A DNA stretch of 49,886 nucleotides from Puia sp. (lineage in GTDB: Bacteria > Bacteroidota > Bacteroidia > Chitinophagales > Chitinophagaceae). The notes under the pieces are model-generated. The model was not told where the DNA came from. It was given only the letters and a program-made list of their open reading frames with translations, and made no database searches. The stretch's first letter is position 1. Each line of letters opens with the position of its first letter. Made by a program: the position numbers and the translations under genes. The stretch lies in assembly GCA_035317445.1 (NCBI GenBank), contig DATHGW010000153.1:1-49886 (forward strand), written 5' to 3'. Shown here piece by piece: positions 45,482 through 49,886 of this stretch.

Positions 45482-46852
45482 TTAAAATGCATTTTTATAC
45501 GCTTTTTTGCTGAAAACAGTGAGTAAGATGATATAGAGGTCGAACCAGAAATTCCAGTGCTCCAGGTACCATAAATCATGGAGGGTCCTGCCGGTATACT
45601 GGATCTTGCTATCAAGCGGACCCCTGTATCCATTCACCTGTGCCCAACCGGTTATTCCGGGTTTAACCAGGTGGCGGACTCTGTACGCTTTAATTTTATG
45701 CTGAAGTGATTGATTCAAACTGACGCGATGGGGCCGGGGACCGACAATTGACATCTCATTTTTCAGGACATTCATCAGTTGAGGTAATTCATCTAAATTA
45801 AGTTTTCTGAGGAACCTCCCTACTCTTGTGATCCTGGCATCTTTCTCAACGGTTGAAGAATCATCTCCGCCATTATCAATTGAATATTTCATCGTCCGGA
45901 ATTTAAACAAACTAAAGGGAAGACTATTCACTCCCAGCCGAATGGGTTTGTAAAAAACGGGTCCTTTGGAATCAAGTTTTATCATGATGGCGATGAGAAC
46001 GAGAAAGGGAGATATTAGTAATAGCGCAATGGAAGCAAATAAGATGTCAAAAGCCCTTTTCCAAAATCGATTTGGATACCTGTCCAGTGGTAAATTCCTG
46101 TATGAAAGGAAGGATACATTTCCTAAAGTTTGAACCTGGAAAGTCTTGTCAATAACGCCGAGGTAGTTCGGAACAATATGCGGCCGCACCCCATTTCTTT
46201 CGGCCAGATCAATGATCTTTTTAATATGCGCCTTTTCTGTGAGCGGCAAGGCAATCAGCACATCCTGAAAAAGCTGTTTGTCATAGGTCTCCTGAAAATC
46301 ATCAATTGTGCCGAGCAAATAGTGATTAGGTATTTTTGTCTGCTCTATATCCAAAATCCCTATTGGCTCCAAAGCCAGATAACTGTTTCTCAGAAAATAA
46401 TGATATAATTCAATCCCGATTGGATTATTTCCTACAATGATGGCGGCCCTCATATTGGGCTTGTTCCTTACAGAGGAAAAAAAGAATATCCAGAAATTGA
46501 CAAGAAGCTTAACTGCAAAAAACAATGCGATGGTTCCAAAAAGAAGCTGATTTGAAAAATGATTGAATCGCTTCAGAAGTATTCCGGAAAAGAGGGCGGC
46601 CATAAAAAAAAGAAACGTCCTGGCCATTTTTCCGATCATGTACTTAATTTTAGACTTAAAATAAGACAGATCGTCAATAAAAATGATGTAGCTGAATACC
46701 CAGGCTAAATTCATTAGGAGAAAAACCTTGCCCTCATAAACGAACAATGCAGGAATACCTTTTGCACTGGCCACGGCAACGATTACCGCAGACAGGTTGA
46801 GAAATATTAAATCAATGATCAATTGCAGGAGGATACGCTCTCTGGTTCTCAT
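45482..46852 (-). CDS. Undecaprenyl-phosphate sugar phosphotransferase (WcaJ-like priming enzyme)
   Basis: KRAFDI, FKFRTM, LDELPQ, SIVGPRP, KPGITGWAQVNG, DLWY. Start 46852 preferred. Confidence 0.92.
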   Translation of the reverse strand: MRTRERILLQLIIDLIFLNLSAVIVAVASAKGIPALFVYEGKVFLLMNLAWVFSYIIFIDDLSYFKSKIKYMIGKMARTFLFFMAALFSGILLKRFNHFSNQLLFGTIALFFAVKLLVNFWIFFFSSVRNKPNMRAAIIVGNNPIGIELYHYFLRNSYLALEPIGILDIEQTKIPNHYLLGTIDDFQETYDKQLFQDVLIALPLTEKAHIKKIIDLAERNGVRPHIVPNYLGVIDKTFQVQTLGNVSFLSYRNLPLDRYPNRFWKRAFDILFASIALLLISPFLVLIAIMIKLDSKGPVFYKPIRLGVNSLPFSLFKFRTMKYSIDNGGDDSSTVEKDARITRVGRFLRKLNLDELPQLMNVLKNEMSIVGPRPHRVSLNQSLQHKIKAYRVRHLVKPGITGWAQVNGYRGPLDSKIQYTGRTLHDLWYLEHWNFWFDLYIILLTVFSKKAYKNAF

Positions 46853-46875
46853 GGGTATTATTCGAATGAATTGAT

Positions 46876-47628
46876 TTAAATCGCCTTGACAATTTTCCTC
46901 CAAATCATGCGGAGGTAGAATTTAATCACTGTCCAATACTTGGGGCCAAGCCTTTTTGGTTCTTTTAATAACCTCCACAGCCAACGAAACCCTATTTGTT
47001 TCACCCATTCAGGACTCTTTTTTTGATCCTCTGATAAATAATCGAATACTGCACCTACGCCCAGCAAAACGCCATGGTTAAACCGGGACAGATTTGAATG
47101 AATCAGGTAGTCCTGTTTGGGGCTGCTAATTCCTATCCATATCAGATCAGGCTTAAGACGGTTAACTTCATTGATTTCTTCCTCAAGAAGGAAGCCCCTC
47201 TTATAGTATTCTACCTCATAAAATGGAAGAGATTGATATCCGAGAATTTTCGCGGCAGGATATTCCTTTTCGAGATTATGCTTAATTTTTCGGACAGTGT
47301 CCGCCGAGGAGCCTAAAAAATAATGAGAAAGACCAGAATTCAGTAAGCGATGGCACAACGAGAATCCGGACACTGTTGAGACATGTTTAAATCCTTTATG
47401 CCGGGCATATAAGGCAGAGGGCAGTCCATCCGGCAGGGTTAACAAAGACTGATTTAAAATCTTTCTGAGCGTTTCGTCTTTTTGCACATGCGCAACCACC
47501 GCGCTGTCGGGGAACAGCACATAATTTACTTTTTCATAATTATAGCGCAGCAAATAATCTACTGTTTCCTGGAGATTTGTGGCATTGATCTCAACCCCCA
47601 TATAATTGTACCGTTCAGGAGGAAGCAT
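46876..47628 (-). CDS. WecB/TagA/CpsF-family glycosyltransferase
   Basis: [34 protein letters not shown]. Start 47628 preferred. Confidence 0.9.
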   Translation of the reverse strand: MLPPERYNYMGVEINATNLQETVDYLLRYNYEKVNYVLFPDSAVVAHVQKDETLRKILNQSLLTLPDGLPSALYARHKGFKHVSTVSGFSLCHRLLNSGLSHYFLGSSADTVRKIKHNLEKEYPAAKILGYQSLPFYEVEYYKRGFLLEEEINEVNRLKPDLIWIGISSPKQDYLIHSNLSRFNHGVLLGVGAVFDYLSEDQKKSPEWVKQIGFRWLWRLLKEPKRLGPKYWTVIKFYLRMIWRKIVKAI

Positions 47629-48202
47629 GGTCTGAATTTTTTCCAGTGTATTTCGCCGGATTGCCCGCCCAAATTTCTCCGGCAGGTATATTTTTTGTGA
47701 CAACGCTTCCGGCGCCAATGATCGCACCATCTCCAATATTAACTCCTTTCAGTATAATGCTACTCCCTCCGATAAAAACACTGTTGCCTATGATGATTGG
47801 GCTTGTGCGGTAATTCATATTCGGATTATTTATCCGGTCGCCGGAGTTCATGGGATGGAAATCGCTGTCCCAGATCTTGCAATTTCCACCAATCATTACA
47901 TTATCACCGATGGAGATTTGCCGGGCACAATAAAGGGCCGAATTACTCATCCTGAAATTCCGCCCTATCTTCAGCTCTGCCCCCTTTTTTACAATGATCG
48001 TACTCCTGGTGTCGCCACCAATCATGTTTCTAAACCCTGAAGAATTAATGCGCGCAAATTCATCAATCACCAGCGTGCCTTTATTATTGACCAGCAAGAG
48101 GCCAAATATTTTTATTTTATGGTATTTGACCCCGTTTATTTTTAAAATAATGGGGTTGAGGATTCCGCTAAAAAAGAACAACAGGTTCCTCAGGAAATCC
48201 AC
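47615..48202 (-). CDS. Hexapeptide-repeat (LbH) O-acyltransferase
   Basis: [35 protein letters not shown]. Confidence 0.92.
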   Translation of the reverse strand: MDFLRNLLFFFSGILNPIILKINGVKYHKIKIFGLLLVNNKGTLVIDEFARINSSGFRNMIGGDTRSTIIVKKGAELKIGRNFRMSNSALYCARQISIGDNVMIGGNCKIWDSDFHPMNSGDRINNPNMNYRTSPIIIGNSVFIGGSSIILKGVNIGDGAIIGAGSVVTKNIPAGEIWAGNPAKYTGKNSDHASS

Positions 48203-49326
48203 TATGCGATATTTTTATTTTTGACAATATGCTGCAATGTTGAGCCGATGGCCTGGGTTAAACATATTTCGAACTTTTCCAGGGTATAACTGGATTCATA
48301 TTTCTCCCGGGCATGTTTTCCCATGCGTTCAATAATTTCCGGATTCCTGATCAGATAACTCATTTTATCGGCAAGGGCCGGTACATCATCCTTATTGATC
48401 AGGAATCCCTGTACATCATTGTCGATCATGCTTGGAATTCCCCCTTCCCTGGTGCTGATGACAGGCAACGCAGATTGCATAGCCTCCAGGATGACCAATG
48501 GAAAAGACTCCCGCTCATATTTTGTTGGGAAAACAAAGAAATCGGATTTCTTCAGTAATTTGAATTTCTCCTCATTGTATTTTGGTCCTACGATCTTAAT
48601 GTGTGCTGTAAGGCCAAGGTCATGGATACGATCCATTATTTCATTTTCCGAAATGTCTTGTGCTTTACCCACCAATGCAACTTCGAAATCGAGGCCCTGA
48701 TCTTTTAATATTTTACAGGCCGCGATAACATCCAGTATTCCTTTATTGATAATGAAATTGGAAAGGTAAATGATTCTGCAAGCTGTTGTTTCCTTTTGAA
48801 TTTTATCAATTTGTAAGCCATCATCTCTTATGCCATTGGGGACAATATAGGGATCTGTTTTCAAATAAGGAGACAAGTCTGAAAGCAGTTCCTTCGAAAG
48901 ACAAATGTGGTAGCTGCCGGAGAACATCCGCCTGTAAAAAAAATCATAAAAACTGCTCTTTTTCCCCTGTAAGCTGACTCCCTTTCCGTGATGATGAAAA
49001 ACAACAGGAACCCGGTGCATTTTTATGATGCTATAAAAAATATAATCTTTGTAAAATGCAAGGCCAACCGGGGAAACGGCAAAATAGACCAATGTCGGTT
49101 TCACCTTTTTCAAAACACGGGACAGGCTAAAAAAATCGCCTATGGTCTTTTTTAGCTTATACCATTTTATCCTTCCTACATCATTCAACTCCCTGCTTAG
49201 TGACAAAGAAAAATAATGTGCATCAAACTGCTCTTTAATTAACCTGGAATTAAAGACATTCAGATTCATTAGCGTAGAGCCGTGTACGGGAGGCGGGAGT
49301 TTCAGTATGAATAAAATCTTTTCCAA
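48202..49326 (-). CDS. GT4-family glycosyltransferase
   Basis: [24 protein letters not shown] (Ex7E). Confidence 0.92.
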   Translation of the reverse strand: MEKILFILKLPPPVHGSTLMNLNVFNSRLIKEQFDAHYFSLSLSRELNDVGRIKWYKLKKTIGDFFSLSRVLKKVKPTLVYFAVSPVGLAFYKDYIFYSIIKMHRVPVVFHHHGKGVSLQGKKSSFYDFFYRRMFSGSYHICLSKELLSDLSPYLKTDPYIVPNGIRDDGLQIDKIQKETTACRIIYLSNFIINKGILDVIAACKILKDQGLDFEVALVGKAQDISENEIMDRIHDLGLTAHIKIVGPKYNEEKFKLLKKSDFFVFPTKYERESFPLVILEAMQSALPVISTREGGIPSMIDNDVQGFLINKDDVPALADKMSYLIRNPEIIERMGKHAREKYESSYTLEKFEICLTQAIGSTLQHIVKNKNIA

Positions 49327-49329
49327 ATG

Positions 49330-49884
49330 TTAAAGCGCCTTCCCGTTTTGAAGATTCCATATTTTATATAGATCATCTTTCAGATGACTTGCAGAATATT
49401 GTCTCATTGTACTTTCCTGCACAAGCGGGTCAATGTTGAGCGTAATGGCCTTTAGCATAAAGTCGGCAAACGTGCGCGGGTCCCTGTCATTGACAACATA
49501 TCCGTCAACTCCCTGGTTAATGATGTCCTTTGCACTTGAAAAATTTGAGGTGCACATCGGCACGCAACATCCTTTGGCTTCAAGCAAGGCGGTGGACCAG
49601 CCCTCGCCATTGGGAAAAGATCCCATTACGTACAAGTCTGAAGCGTTTAAGAATTTAGCCAGTGTGTTCAATGGTTGAAATCCCGGAAGAAGCACCCGGT
49701 CTGTCAGCTTTTCTGCATCCACGTATGACTCAATATCATTTCTGGAATCCCCATCTCCCAGAAAATAAAAGTAACTGTCCGGCTTTACCTTTAAGAACTC
49801 TTTAAAAGCTTCCAGCATAAGTTTCCATCCCTTTAGCCAATGGAGTCTGCCAGTTGTGGTAATGATGCAAACATCAGGTGGCAA
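49330..49884 (-). CDS. GT4-family glycosyltransferase, C-terminal part (truncated by the window edge)
   Basis: GRLHWLKG, GDG, EGWSTALLEA. Confidence 0.85.
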   Translation of the reverse strand: MPPDVCIITTTGRLHWLKGWKLMLEAFKEFLKVKPDSYFYFLGDGDSRNDIESYVDAEKLTDRVLLPGFQPLNTLAKFLNASDLYVMGSFPNGEGWSTALLEAKGCCVPMCTSNFSSAKDIINQGVDGYVVNDRDPRTFADFMLKAITLNIDPLVQESTMRQYSASHLKDDLYKIWNLQNGKAL

Positions 49885-49886
49885 AT

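Noticed and set aside
1253-49678. Numerous short ORFs nested in or antisense to long genes
   Set aside because: No motifs, and fully overlapped by well-supported genes; treated as shadow ORFs.

Overview
Bacteroidota (Chitinophagaceae-like) DNA in three parts. (1) 1-~35.7 kb is the right-hand portion of an integrative conjugative/mobilizable element. It has a leading region (ssb 3' end, J-domain, ParB, a long hairpin, radC), primase-like gene, candidate oriT, MobA/relaxase/YWFCY coupling protein, and a terminal tyrosine integrase. Its ~24 kb defence-type cargo holds an HNH-like gene; a 4.4 kb IS1-family element with TIRs and TSD carrying a Panacea TA module, an HTH-ImmA/IrrE peptidase and a P63C-like gene; an operon of SNF2 helicase, small protein, RloC-like ABC-ATPase/HEPN and Type III Mod-Res; and GmrSD. 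The cargo also holds the most unusual item: an operon in which a coiled-coil J-domain protein is followed by three repeat proteins sharing a ~30-aa N-terminal leader fused to two unrelated repeat types. (2) 35.7-38.9 kb is an islet (AraC regulator, PAS histidine kinase) between two identical 59-bp tRNA-Thr(CGT) 3'-end repeats. (3) 38.9-49.9 kb is a Wza/Wzc exopolysaccharide cluster. All family calls come from motif recognition by eye; no searches were run.
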